Origin: Euprymna scolopes
Taxonomy: Eukaryota
Assembly (NCBI GenBank): GCA_053919585.1
Contig: CM132791.1
Length of the DNA: 64,000 nucleotides
Strand: one strand, 5' to 3'
Shown here: in pieces, positions 42,001 to 53,520 of the stretch
How positions within the stretch are numbered: the first letter of the stretch is position 1
How the letters are laid out: every line of letters begins with the position of its first letter
Notes under the pieces: model-generated
Seen by the model: only the letters and a program-made list of their open reading frames with translations
Databases searched by the model: none
Told to the model about the DNA's origin: nothing
Program-made: the position numbers and the translations under genes

Positions 42001-45000
42001 CGTATCTGGAAAAATTAATTCATCCCCAGGTAAGTGCCTCTTTCTCCGAAGTATAATATTCGCTCATTCACTTGTTTTGGCAAAAGTGGTCGAAGACCTG
42101 CCTAATTTTCCTCGCGAATATTTACTCTGCCGGCGACATATTAGATGAAGCGCTTTCATTTGGCGTATTTCGGATACTTTTCTGAACTTTTCCCTGTTCC
42201 CCTACCTTACTATTATTTTTGCGTATCTGGAAAAATTAATTCATCCCCAGGTAAGTGCCTCTTTCTCCGAAGTATAATATTCGGTCATTCACTTGTTTTG
42301 GCAAAAGTGGTCGAAGACCTGCCTAATTTTCCTCGCGAATATTTACTCTGCCGGCGACATATTAGATGAAGCGCTTTCATTTGGCGTATTTCGGATCCTT
42401 TTCTGAACTTTTCCCTGTTCCCCTACCTTACTATTATTTTTGCGTATCTGGAAAAATTAATTCATCCCCAGGTAAGTGCCTCTTTCTCCGAAGTATAATA
42501 TTCGGTCATTCACTTGTTTTGGCAAAAGTGGTCGAAGACCTGCCTAATTTTCCTCGCGAATATTTACTCTGCCGGCGACATATTAGATGAAGCGCTTTCA
42601 TTTTGCGTATTTCGGATACTTTGCTGAACTTTTCCCTGTTCCCCTACCTTACTATTATTTTTGCGTATCTGGAAAAATTAATTCATCCCCAGGTAAGTGC
42701 CTCTTTCTCCGAAGTATAATATTCGCTCATTCACTTGTTTTGGCAAAAGTGGTCGAAGACCTGCCTAATTTTCCTCGCGAATATTTACTCTGCCGGCGAC
42801 ATATTAGATGAAGCGCTTTCATTTGGCGTATTTCGGATACTTTTCTGAACTTTTCCCTGTTCCCCTACCTTACTATTATTTTTGCGTATCTGGAAAAATT
42901 AATTCATCCCCAGGTAAGTGCCTCTTTCTCCGAAGTATAATATTCGGTCATTCACTTGTTTTGGCAAAAGTGGTCGAAGACCTGCCTAATTTTCCTCGCG
43001 AATATTTACTCTGCCGGCGACATATTAGATGAAGCGCTTTCATTTGGCGTATTTCGGATCCTTTTCTGAACTTTTCCCTGTTCCCCTACCTTACTATTAT
43101 TTTTGCGTATCTGGAAAAATTAATTCATCCCCAGGTAAGTGCCTCTTTCTCCGAAGTATAATATTCGCTCATTCACTTGTTTTGGCAAAAGTGGTCGAAG
43201 ACCTGCCTAATTTTCCTCGCGAATATTTACTCTGCCGGCGACATATTAGATGAAGCGCTTTCATTTGGCGTATTTCGGATACTTTTCTGAACTTTTCCCT
43301 GTTCCCCTACCTTACTATTATTTTTGCGTATCTGGAAAAATTAATTCATCCCCAGGTAAGTTCCTCTTTCTCCGAAGTATAATATTCGGTCATTCACTTG
43401 TTTTGGCAAAAGTGGTCGAAGACCTGCCAAATTTTCCTCGCGAATATTTACTCTGCCGGCGACATATTAGATGAAGCGCTTTCATTTGGCGTATTTCGGA
43501 TACTTTTCTGAACTTTTCCCTGTTCCCCTACCTTACTATTTTTTTTGCGTATCTGGAAAAATTAATTCATCCCCAGGTAAGTGCCTCTTTCTCCGAAGTA
43601 TAATATTCGCTCATTCACTTGTTTTGGCAAAAGTGGTCGAAGACCTGCCTAATTTTCCTCGCGAATATTTACTCTGCCGGCGACATATTAGATGAAGCGC
43701 TTTCATTTGGCGTATTTCGGATCCTTTTCTGAACTTTTCCGTGTTCCCCTACCTTACTATTATTTTTGCGTATCTGGAAAAATTAATTCATCCCCAGGTA
43801 AGTGCCTCTTTCTCCGAAGTATAATATTCGGTCATTCACTTGTTTTGGCAAAAGTGGTCGAAGACCTGCCTAATTTTCCTCGCGAATATTTACTCTGCCG
43901 GCGACATATTAGATGAAGCGCTTTCATTTGGCGTATTTCGGATCCTTTTCTGAACTTTTCCCTGTTCCCCTACCTTACTATTATTTTTGCGTATCTGGAA
44001 AAATTAATTCATCTCCAGGTAAGTGCCTCTTTCTCCGAAGTATAATATTCGGTCATTCACTTGTTTTGGCAAAAGTGGTCGAAGACCTGCCTAATTTTCC
44101 TCGCGAATATTTACTCTGCCGGCGACATATTAGATGAAGCGCTTTCATTTGGCGTATTTCGGATACTTTTCTGAACTTTTCCCTGTTCCCCTACCTTACT
44201 ATTATTTTTGCGTATCTGGAAAAATTAATTCATCCCCAGGTAAGTGCCTCTTTCTCCGAAGTATAATATTCGCTCATTCACTTGTTTTGGTAAAAGTGGT
44301 CGAAGACCTGCCTAATTTTCCTCGCGAATATTTACTCTGCCGGCGACATATTAGATGAAGCGCTTTCATTTGGCGTATTTCGGATACTTTTCTGAACTTT
44401 TCCCTGTTCCCCTACCTTACTATTATTTTTGCGTATCTGGAAAAATTAATTCATCCCCAGGTAAGTGCCTCTTTCTCCGAAGTATAATATTCGGTCATTC
44501 ACTTGTTTTGGCAAAAGTGGTCGAAGACCTGCCTAATTTTCCTCGCGAATATTTACTCTGCCGGCGACATATTAGATGAAGCGCTTTCATTTGGCGTATT
44601 TCGGATCCTTTTCTGAACTTATCCCTGTTCCCCTACCTTACTATTATTTTTGCGTATCTGGAAAAATTAATTCATCCCCAGGTAAGTTCCTCTTTCTCCG
44701 AAGTATAATATTCGCTCATTCACTTGTTTTGGCAAAAGTGGTCGAAGACCTGCCTAATTTTCCTCGCGAATATTTACTCTGCCGGCGACATATTAGATGA
44801 AGCGCTTTCATTTGGCGTATTTCGGATCCTTTTCTGAACTTTTCCCTGTTCCCCTACCTTACTATTATTTTTGCGTATCTGGAAAAATTAATTCATCCCC
44901 AGGTAAGTTCCTCTTTCTCCGAAGTATAATATTCGCTCATTCACTTGTTTTGGCAAAAGTGGTCGAAGACCTGCCTAATTTTCCTCGCGAATATTTACTC

Positions 45001-46392
45001 TGCCGGCGACATATTAGATGAAGCGCTTTCATTTGGCGTATTTCGGATCCTTTTCTGAACTTTTCCCTGTTCCCCTACCTTACTATTATTTTTGCGTATC
45101 TGGAAAAATTAATTCATCCCCAGGTAAGTTCCTCTTTCTCCGAAGTATAATATTCGCTCATTCACTTGTTTTGGCAAAAGTGGTCGAAGACCTGCCTAAT
45201 TTTCCTCGCGAATATTTACTCTGCCGGCGACATATTAGATGAAGCGCTTTCATTTGGCGTATTTCGGATCCTTTTCTGAACTTTTCCCTGTTCCCCTACC
45301 TTACTATTATTTTTGCGTATCTGGAAAAATTAATTCATCCCCAGGTAAGTTCCTCTTTCTCCGAAGTATAATATTCGCTCATTCACTTGTTTTGGCAAAA
45401 GTGGTCGAAGACCTGCCTAATTTTCCTCGCGAATATTTACTCTGCCGGCGACATATTAGATGAAGCGCTTTCATTTGGCGTATTTCGGATCCTTTTCTGA
45501 ACTTTTCCCTGTTCCCCTACCTTACTATTATTTTTGCGTATCTGGAAAAATTAATTCATCCCCAGGTAAGTTCCTCTTTCTCCGAAGTATAATATTCGCT
45601 CATTCACTTGTTTTGGCAAAAGTGGTCGAAGACCTGCCTAATTTTCCTCGCGAATATTTACTCTGCCGGCGACATATTAGATGAAGCGCTTTCATTTGGC
45701 GTATTTCGGATCCTTTTCTGAACTTTTCCCTGTTCCCCTACCTTACTATTATTTTTGCGTATCTGGAAAAATTAATTCATCCCCAGGTAAGTTCCTCTTT
45801 CTCCGAAGTATAATATTCGCTCATTCACTTGTTTTGGCAAAAGTGGTCGAAGACCTGCCTAATTTTCCTCGCGAATATTTACTCTGCCGGCGACATATTA
45901 GATGAAGCGCTTTCATTTGGCGTATTTCGGATCCTTTTCTGAACTTTTCCCTGTTCCCCTACCTTACTATTATTTTTGCGTATCTGGAAAAATTAATTCA
46001 TCCCCAGGTAAGTTCCTCTTTCTCCGAAGTATAATATTCGCTCATTCACTTGTTTTGGCAAAAGTGGTCGAAGACCTGCCTAATTTTCCTCGCGAATATT
46101 TACTCTGCCGGCGACATATTAGATGAAGCGCTTTCATTTGGCGTATTTCGGATCCTTTTCTGAACTTTTCCCTGTTCCCCTACCTTACTATTATTTTTGC
46201 GTATCTGGAAAAATTAATTCATCCCCAGGTAAGTTCCTCTTTCTCCGAAGTATAATATTCGCTCATTCACTTGTTTTGGCAAAAGTGGTCGAAGACCTGC
46301 CTAATTTTCCTCGCGAATATTTACTCTGCCGGCGACATATTAGATGAAGCGCTTTCATTTGGCGTATTTCGGATCCTTTTCTGAACTTTTCC
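1..46392. repeat. Tandem satellite array, 221-bp monomer, about 210 copies in the window, open at the left edge
   Basis: The consensus ATGAAGCGCTTTCATTTGGCGTATTTCGGATAC...CTCTGCCGGCGACATATTAG recurs every 221 bp (53, 274, 495 ... 46123, 46344). Most monomers differ from consensus at only 0-4 positions. Hand count of the consensus gives 89/221 G+C (~40%). The last consensus-matching base is 46392. Confidence 0.99.
23777..23876. other. Assembly gap (exactly 100 N, unknown size) inside the satellite
   Basis: 100 N. Monomers just upstream (22372-23776) accumulate indels typical of a low-quality contig end. Confidence 0.95.
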
Positions 46393-46408
46393 ATGTTCCC
46401 ACAACATA

Positions 46409-47620
46409 CTATTTTGCAGTTTTTATGTAGCTCGTTTTTGATACTTTTACTCTGCAATATGAGGTATTGTGCTTTGCTCGTTTGCATAGTTCACATGTTA
46501 TTTTCTTTTGATCCTGACATGCATTGCACCTATACGTTCCTCCACATTTTCCACAAAGGGTCCTGGGATTTTGTCTTTCCTGATAATTTAGTGAAAAGTG
46601 ATTTTTTCTCTCTTGGTTGGTAATTACTGGCAAGCGGGTGTCTTTTATTTCTTAAGCGTATCATTTTAAAGCGATACTTGCTTCCTCTATGTTTCGGAAA
46701 TCTTGTTTTACTGCCGGAAAAAGCTGACAATCTTTAGCCAGTTTCTGAAATGTCAAATAATGTTCTTATTCTAATTTATTAAGAGAATGACGTCTTATAT
46801 CGTCATTTGTTGATATCAAACCTTGTGTGAATATTAAGCATTTGGAATTGCCAACCGTTAATGACGACAACTTGAAATCGTTATTGTGCTCATCACCTAT
46901 AGACATAAAAGTCGTATAGTCCTGATTCCCCTTAGGTGTAAGATTCATGTATTTCCATTTCTTATGGATAAGTCTTTTTTGTGGACAGTATAACTGTATT
47001 AACAGTTTCACTGCCTCGGCAAACTACGATTTTTTCTTGGTAAAATATAGTCCATGAATTTGTTGTATTCGGATGCACCTAACTACAGAAGCAATACACG
47101 AACTTTATTTTGATCCGTGCATGCACTGCCATTAATCTTAAAATCTTCTGAAGTTAGGTCATCTTCAGGAGCAGAATGACATGTATCAATAGCTACCCCG
47201 TTCGCATTTTGAGAAAACAGCTCTGCCGATTTCTTCTCCGCTGTCCTCATTCACTTTTTTTATCTGACTGGTTTTGTTGCTCTAAATGTAAATGTTTCAA
47301 TTCCATTTTTTGTTCGTCAATTCCTTTCTTTTCACTTTCCTGTTTTTCGTCGAAATATTTCATTAAATTCTACTGCTTTTCCAATATTTGTTCGTTTACT
47401 TCTTTCCTTTTCTATTTACTGATTTTTCTCGGTGTATTTCATTAAATTTACGTGTTTCTCTTCTATCGGTTTTATTTATTATCAATTGTTTCTCGTCCTT
47501 TTATTTCTGTATTGTTAATTGTTTCTCGTCGTTTTGTTTCTCGGAACTCGTTTCAAATTCTAATTGTTAGCTTTTTTAGAATTTCGCTGCTTCCACCATC
47601 TGTTTTTTAAAATCATCCAT
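46409..47620 (-). pseudogene. gag: Degenerate Ty3/Gypsy gag (coiled-coil N-terminus, capsid-like region, CCHC zinc knuckle)
   Basis: Manual minus-strand translation: MDDFKKQMVEAAK at 47620, an E/K/Q-rich segment, then LFSQNANGVAIDTCHSAPEDDLTSEDF..TDQNKVRVLLL*LGASEYNKFMDYILPRK. After a frameshift: FAEAVKLLIQLYCPQKRLIHKKWKYMNLT..DYTTF..DFKLSSLTVGNSKCLIFTQGL..IRRHSLNKLE*EHYLTFQKLAKDCQ. In the same frame follow CGKCGGTYRCNAC (degenerate knuckle, 46517-46555) and CELCKRAKHNTSYC (CX2CX4HX4C, 46454-46495). Several stops and frameshifts. Family assignment is from recall of invertebrate Gypsy/Mag gag, not from a search. Confidence 0.85.
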
Positions 47621-48630
47621 ATTTTTGGAAGGTTTAGAAATAATTAATGAGTTTATTTTTATGAAACAAAATTTGTGTACTTACTTTTCCTAAAGTATCC
47701 ACTCTACAGAAAATAGCTTCAAAAAATCCGTACGTGGGTTTTAGCAAATATTTCGTTCATAAATTTATTTCCTCGTGTTGCAGTTTATACAAGAAAACAG
47801 TAGATTTAGTTCGCCTTTTTTTTTCAATTTTCGTAATTTGGTTCTATTCCTTCTTGATGCTACACACTTTTTTCCTCTTTTTGTCCTGAGAAGAATAAGT
47901 TATTTACCGGTGAAAGAGAATGTATTTCATTGACTATTCTTTTCGATTCCTGTGCGAAAAAGAAAATACTTTTCTCGTAAATACTTATCAAAATTGTTTA
48001 TATTTTCCTCTTCTTCGACATGTACTCTCGACAAGGTTAAAGTTTATTTTAAACGAATGAAAATCCGACGTTTTTTTTTGTAGTTTACTTGCTACATTTG
48101 TAAGTGGTTGTCCTTTCCCTACGTTAATGCATTTTAACCATGATACATATTTGTGAAAGGTGCTTTTTAGAACGATATACTTTTTTTCAACATCACTTGT
48201 AGTTATAGAGATTGTTAAAAACTTGGTATTGTTGGCTCAGTAGTAATAATTCTCAACGGAATTGTTTTATGAGTTCGGCCTTAACTCGTAGTTACGCATT
48301 TTGTAGCTTTTTTAACGGCCAGATAAGGCTTTTGACGACGTTTTTGTAAAATCTTTTTTCTTCGGCAAGAACTGTTGTCTTTTTTAAAGTCATTTTTACC
48401 CTGTGTTTCTGGATTTTTATGCTCCAATGTTGTTTTTTCCTACAGTGACAAGTAGTTTTCCCCCTTTCCATCGAACATTTTAAAAGAAATACTGTTGAAG
48501 TTTTGAATTTTCCACTTGTGTAGGAAAACTATTTCGACTTTCGCTTGTTTTCTTCCTTTTCTGCAATCATTTGGTCGTCAAATGTTGTTTTCCAATGACT
48601 GTTTTTTAAAGTAGGTCGTTGCCCGAATAT

Positions 48631-48640
48631 TCGTCATCCA
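48631..48640 (-). promoter_or_regulatory. Putative primer-binding site
   Basis: TGGATGACGA lies 2 nt after an LTR-like ...AACA end and resembles the TGGCGACGA-type PBS of Mag-group Gypsy elements. Confidence 0.5.
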
Positions 48641-49069
48641 GTTGTTGTAACAAATTTTGCTTGATTGATCAGGGAAGTTCTTGAATCATCCTCGTCAGCC
48701 AGATGTTTTAGACCCGTGCTAGGGGGCAAATATGAAAGACACAACAAGTAGTGTAAAGGGTATGAATATAATATGAATTTATAATAAAGAATGCGGCAGC
48801 CACGAAAGTGGTATGAGAGGAACATGGTACAAATGTCTCCATCTAGTCTCTGGAACATGAGGTATATATTGATTATAAGTTAATGCTCAAATAGCGCTGA
48901 TTTGTAGTCAACAATAATTACGAAATGCTTGATTAGTAAAATTATGGAAGTAATTTACTTCATAATTAGTTGTAATAAGTATTTCATAAACATTATTTAA
49001 ATAATAAAAATAATTTTGAAAAAATATGTTGTTACTAAACATCATTTTATATAGTTACATTGAATAACT

Positions 49070-49409
49070 TTATATATATATGTGTGTATATATATACACA
49101 TATATATGTGTACATATATACATACATGCATATTATTANNNNNNNNNNNNNNNNNNNNNNNNNNNNNNNNNNNNNNNNNNNNNNNNNNNNNNNNNNNNNN
49201 NNNNNNNNNNNNNNNNNNNNNNNNNNNNNNNNNNNNNNNNNNNNNNNNNNNNNNNNNNNNNNNNNNNAAATTATATGCATATATATATATATATATAGAC
49301 AAAGATTAATTTATACATATATGTTCTTACTCAATTATTGATGCAAGTCTAATGGAGCCTTTAAATACTATGTTATTTCGAAGCCGTATTATTCTCACTA
49401 TATATATAT

Positions 49410-49453
<44 letters not shown>

Positions 49454-49480
49454 ATGTATGTATATATATATATATATATA
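49070..49480. repeat. (TA)n/(TG)n microsatellite cluster interrupted by an N run (49139-49267)
   Basis: TATATA and TGTGTG runs at about 49070-49130, 49272-49297 and 49399-49480. Confidence 0.9.
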
Positions 49481-49660
49481 TTTAGTAAAGATGGTAATTT
49501 ATAAAAACTGAAGAAAGTGCTCAATACTGTTGTAGAGCAAATATGCGATTTATTTTTATTACCGTATCTTTCTGTTAAGTTACATTATTATTTCGGCTAC
49601 ACGACCGTTTTTTGGTCGTCTATAGCGTCCTCAGACTTTTACAGAAAACCAGAAAATAAA

Positions 49661-49957
49661 NNNNNNNNNNNNNNNNNNNNNNNNNNNNNNNNNNNNNNNN
49701 NNNNNNNNNNNNNNNNNNNNNNNNNNNNNNNNNNNNNNNNNNNNNNNNNNNNNNNNNNNNNNNNNNNNNNNNNNNNNNNNNNNNNNNNNNNNNNNNNNNN
49801 NNNNNNNNNNNNNNNNNNNNNNNNNNNNNNNNNNNNNNNNNNNNNNNNNNNNNNNNNNNNNNNNNNNNNNNNNNNNNNNNNNNNNNNNNNNNNCTTTCCT
49901 AGTTTTAAATCCAATTAAACTCACGTGATTATCAAAGAGTGCCTAATGCAGGAGAGA

Positions 49958-50006
<49 letters not shown>

Positions 50007-50454
50007 TATATGGCATATTTCCGTTTTATGGAAGATAGAGAGAACACAGACCCTAAAATGTTATTATACTATACCCCTTCAAGGTTAAATATACACACTT
50101 CAAATAATTCCATGTTATTTATATAAAACCCACTGTAAAATTATTTTTTTCCTTTTATTTTCATTCTTTTAAGAACAGGCGCGGTCGCAGACCCCATACT
50201 GTAAATAACACCACACTTCAAAATGTAATGTAGCCATTTTTGCTCCTAGATACCTTTTCTATCATCGTATGTTTTCTGTTTGGTATGATACTAAACCATA
50301 TAGGAGACTATTCGTNNNNNNNNNNNNNNNNNNNNNNNNNNNNNNNNNNNNNNNNNNNNNNNNNNNNNNNNNNNNNNNNNNNNNNNNNNNNNNNNNNNNN
50401 NNNNNNNNNNNNNNNNNNNNNNNNNNNNNNNNNNNNNNNNNNNNNNNNNNNNNN
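49661..50454. other. Two N runs (49661-49893, 50316-50454) with an (AT)n tract at about 49959-50011 between them
   Basis: Directly visible. Confidence 0.95.
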
Positions 50455-50994
50455 GAGAGGAAGGAGAGGGAGCATAGCAGGGACTGCCGACGTTATCTAC
50501 GTATTAAAAATCAGCTTTTCGATTTGTATGAAATTTCACACGAATGTACTTCATGTTTCTGGCAGTGTCGTTAGATATGTTTTGCATGGGTATGTCTTCA
50601 ATAAGTGTCGATCATCGATAATCGATTCGATCCGGTGGAGTATGAACAGATAATTGAGTTTATATCTTATTCAACTTAACTTTACAAGTGCATTTGAGAT
50701 ATATGATTACCTCACAAGACGAGAGGTCCAGCATAACAATATGCACAATTTTTATTAGATATTACAATTATAATGTGTTCATAATAAATGCTGTATTTAA
50801 AAGATCAACTAAACAAGAATGTTTGACTTTTTCATTTTAAATTTAAATCTAAATAATTATCGCAATAACGTAATGAATATAGAATCAATCATATGATATT
50901 TGCTTTGACAGATGCGCGTTCGGATGGAATATTTCTCTTTAGCACACAATTGCACAAATGCATCTGTTACCTTTAATCGAGCTTTATATAATAA

Positions 50995-51391
50995 CTAGCA
51001 TTTCACCCCGGCGTTGCCAGGGTGTTAGAAGATATGTTGCGTAAAAAAAGCAGTCAAATTTTTAACTTTGATCCCTATTATAACACCTTAACATTTATTG
51101 TTTTGGGCTCAAATCAAGTTATTAAGTTAGATCCATGTCCAAGGTACCTATATCTCATATTTTAAGTGTTTAGACACTTGGAGGAGTTTGGTAGAGTTTT
51201 CAAAGGCAACATCGTTGAATTTTTACATCTTAATAGCCATATTCTTTGGTGAAAACGGATTACAATATTTTCCCAAATCTCAGTACCCTGTATACGAAAT
51301 TTCAAGTCTGTATATTAAAAATTTACAGAGTTATTGGTAGGAAAATGTACACAGACACACACACAGACACGTTCACGTTTATAGATATAAT
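50995..51391 (-). mobile_element. Non-autonomous Helitron-like element (~400 bp)
   Basis: The minus-strand 3' end has a GC-rich hairpin CACCCTGG-CAACG-CCGGGGTG (51004-51024), then GAAATG and terminal CTAG (50995-50998) followed by T, which is the canonical Helitron 3' signature. The other end has a TATATCTATAAA-like start and a (TG)n/TGTC tract (51350-51370). The 5' TC is not clean. Confidence 0.6.
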
Positions 51392-51649
51392 TCATGATTT
51401 TATTAAATCATCAGTAGTTTGTCTACAGTAAAATGCAGAATACGATGCATTGTGTACTAAGTCACTGAATGGGAGCACGTGATGCTCCGCGAGAGGAAAC
51501 TAACGGGATGGGTAACTAAATACAGTAAGCAATCAATCGATGTCACTGGAAGTTGAGCGACTTAACTGATTTAGATACTAAAACATATGCTAGTGTGAAA
51601 CATTGGTTGAGTGTCATTTAATACCGGGCAACGTTGGGTCTCCTCTATG

Positions 51650-52255
51650 CATCTAAAACGAAGCTCCCACCTTTACGTCACCAATGCTCTGATCCCCATA
51701 TGACATGAATTGGAATAGATGGCTCTCGTCTTGGGGAGACTCCATGTCTGGACAAGCTTCTGGGATTCACCTTTACCCCTGATCTTAAATGGAACACGCA
51801 CATCAAGTCTGTTGCCAATTCGCGGAAAAATGGTGGATCCTTCTACCGCCCCAGAAAATATCTCATTGCTGATCCAATTCTCTATCTATATAAAAGCCAA
51901 GTACGTCCAAAGATGGAGTACTGCTGCAAAATCTGGGAAGGAGCTGCTAAAACCAGCATATCCTCCCTTGACAGAGTACAAAATAGACTTCATGTCTTAG
52001 TGGGGTGCCCTTTTCTTCCCTACAAGCTCTTTCTTACAGAAGAGACTTTGTGAGCCAGTTTTGTTTTATCGTTATTTCCATGGCAAGTGGTCGTCTGAGC
52101 ACCAATCTCTGGTTCCCCTCTCCCCAATCTTTCATGAAAAGCACCTGTCTAGCTGAAACCACTATCAATAATTTCCCCCACTCGTTACGTTCTTAGAAGT
52201 GCATGTTTTCAACCTGACTACAGCTTGGATGTCTTCAAGTCCAACATAAACAATT
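51650..52255 (+). mobile_element. CR1/L2-group LINE fragment, C-terminal (thumb) part of ORF2
   Basis: Manual translation: ..KLLGFTFTPDLKWNTHIKSVA..FYRPRKYL..ILYLYKSQVRPKMEYCCKIWEGA..LDRVQNR. After frameshifts: LQALSYRR, FYRYFHGKWSSE, FKSNIN. These are typical post-RT motifs of CR1/L2/Jockey-group non-LTR elements. Confidence 0.85.
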
Positions 52256-52444
52256 TCATTATAAACCGCCCCCTTACGTATGACACTTTATCAAATCTAT
52301 ATTACTTACGACTAACGCAATAATATACCATTGATTACTGTACACACAATAACCCTTATGCCCGATTGTCTTCCAGGCCTTGATAAATGGTGTCTACAAT
52401 GGAAAAAATGTATGTTCACACACACCCATGCACATACCCCCTAC

Positions 52445-52487
<43 letters not shown>

Positions 52488-52495
52488 TATATAAA
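52445..52495. repeat. (TA)n microsatellite
   Basis: Directly visible. Confidence 0.95.
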
Positions 52496-52928
52496 CATGT
52501 GTGTGTAAAGGTACAAGATATTTTATATGATAGATCACCGAAAGCTAAGCATTTTTCGAAAAGATAAACAAGCAGTTTGTTCACGCTGTTTCTCTGACCT
52601 CAATATGAGATTACCGAAACAAGGTTCCTGCGGCGATAGAAAAAAAAAAAACTAATATGTTTTTTTTTGTTTTTTGCATTAGTCAACATACACAGCAAGT
52701 GACAGAAATCATAATAACATTCATTTCTAAAAAAAAAGGTGATAAACATATGTATTTATCTACGTGTATATAAATGCATGGCGTTGTTTACCCATGGGGT
52801 ATAATATATAGTTTAGAACGCGAAAATGTTATACTATTTACAGAAAACTGTGTAATGAAGCCATTACAAATTTAGCTCAACATTTAGAAGTGTAGAGAGT
52901 TAATGACAAGAGATATTTACATACCAAA

Positions 52929-53021
52929 TATCTATTTATCTATCTATCTATTATCTATCTATCTCTTTTTATTTTTTTAATTTTTTATCTATCTATTTAT
53001 AGATTAATCTTTCTTTCCTTT

Positions 53022-53066
<45 letters not shown>
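52929..53066. repeat. (TATC)n and (TA)n microsatellites
   Basis: TATCTATC run at about 52929-52965 and a TA run at about 53026-53066. Confidence 0.9.
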
Positions 53067-53070
<4 letters not shown>

Positions 53071-53149
53071 GTGTAATATTTTGATTGTAGAAATTCCCCT
53101 TCCTGACCAAAGTAATGTATATTACCAACAACAGATGCCACATAAAGTG

Positions 53150-53520
53150 TGTCTTATGTCTAGACTGTTAGCCACTATCTTTTGAACTTTTGAACGCAAC
53201 TTTAGAGACTGTAGGTCATTGTAATTTAATCATACCTTTCATCCTAGGAACAACTTCAGCACAATCGCAACCATCTTTACAGGACCTAGATTCTATTTTT
53301 CCTCTAAATATACAAGTCTTCTTACCGCCCGCAGTCATTACCAGGAGGGCGTCTCCATTTTTTACTGATATGGAGTGACGCCCTTAATAACTGGATCATA
53401 AAATTTATGACAGAATACAACCTTTACCTTTTTCCATTACAAAAATAATAAGGTATCCCCAGACTCATTCTCCTCCTTATCATTTAATGAGCTGCCCATT
53501 CATTTATCCTGCATTAATGG
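53150..53520 (-). mobile_element. Possible heavily decayed RTE-clade LINE 3' fragment
   Basis: The minus strand gives EWAAH*MIRR.. and, downstream, KWRRPPG. These recall the W.GH..R and W.RP.G motifs at RTE ORF ends. Many stops; weak. Confidence 0.25.

Larger units (their letters stand above)
46393..49060 (-). mobile_element. 5' half of a decayed Gypsy (Mag-like) LTR retrotransposon: LTR, PBS, ~1-kb leader and gag; pol is absent from the window
   Basis: The minus strand reads ...TTACAACA (LTR-type end at 48643), AC, then TGGATGACGA (PBS-like, 48631-48640), an A-rich leader and gag from 47620. The outer LTR boundary is uncertain (a TGTAAC start near 49059 is a candidate). Confidence 0.65.

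Noticed and set aside
53-46347. About 200 tandem 74-aa protein-coding genes, and the 60-aa minus-strand ORFs
   Set aside because: They are products of the satellite period. There are no intergenic or promoter regions and no recognisable domain. Variants are mostly non-synonymous, and nonsense and frameshift alleles spread with the duplications. The minus ORF opens only in monomers with one T>G variant.
1-46392. CRISPR array
   Set aside because: No unique spacers, the unit is 221 bp, there are no cas genes, and the context is eukaryotic.
53420-53460. Short minus-strand resemblance to the satellite (TACCTTATTATTTTTGTAATGGAAAAA)
   Set aside because: Only ~25 nt, gapped and AT-rich; compatible with chance.
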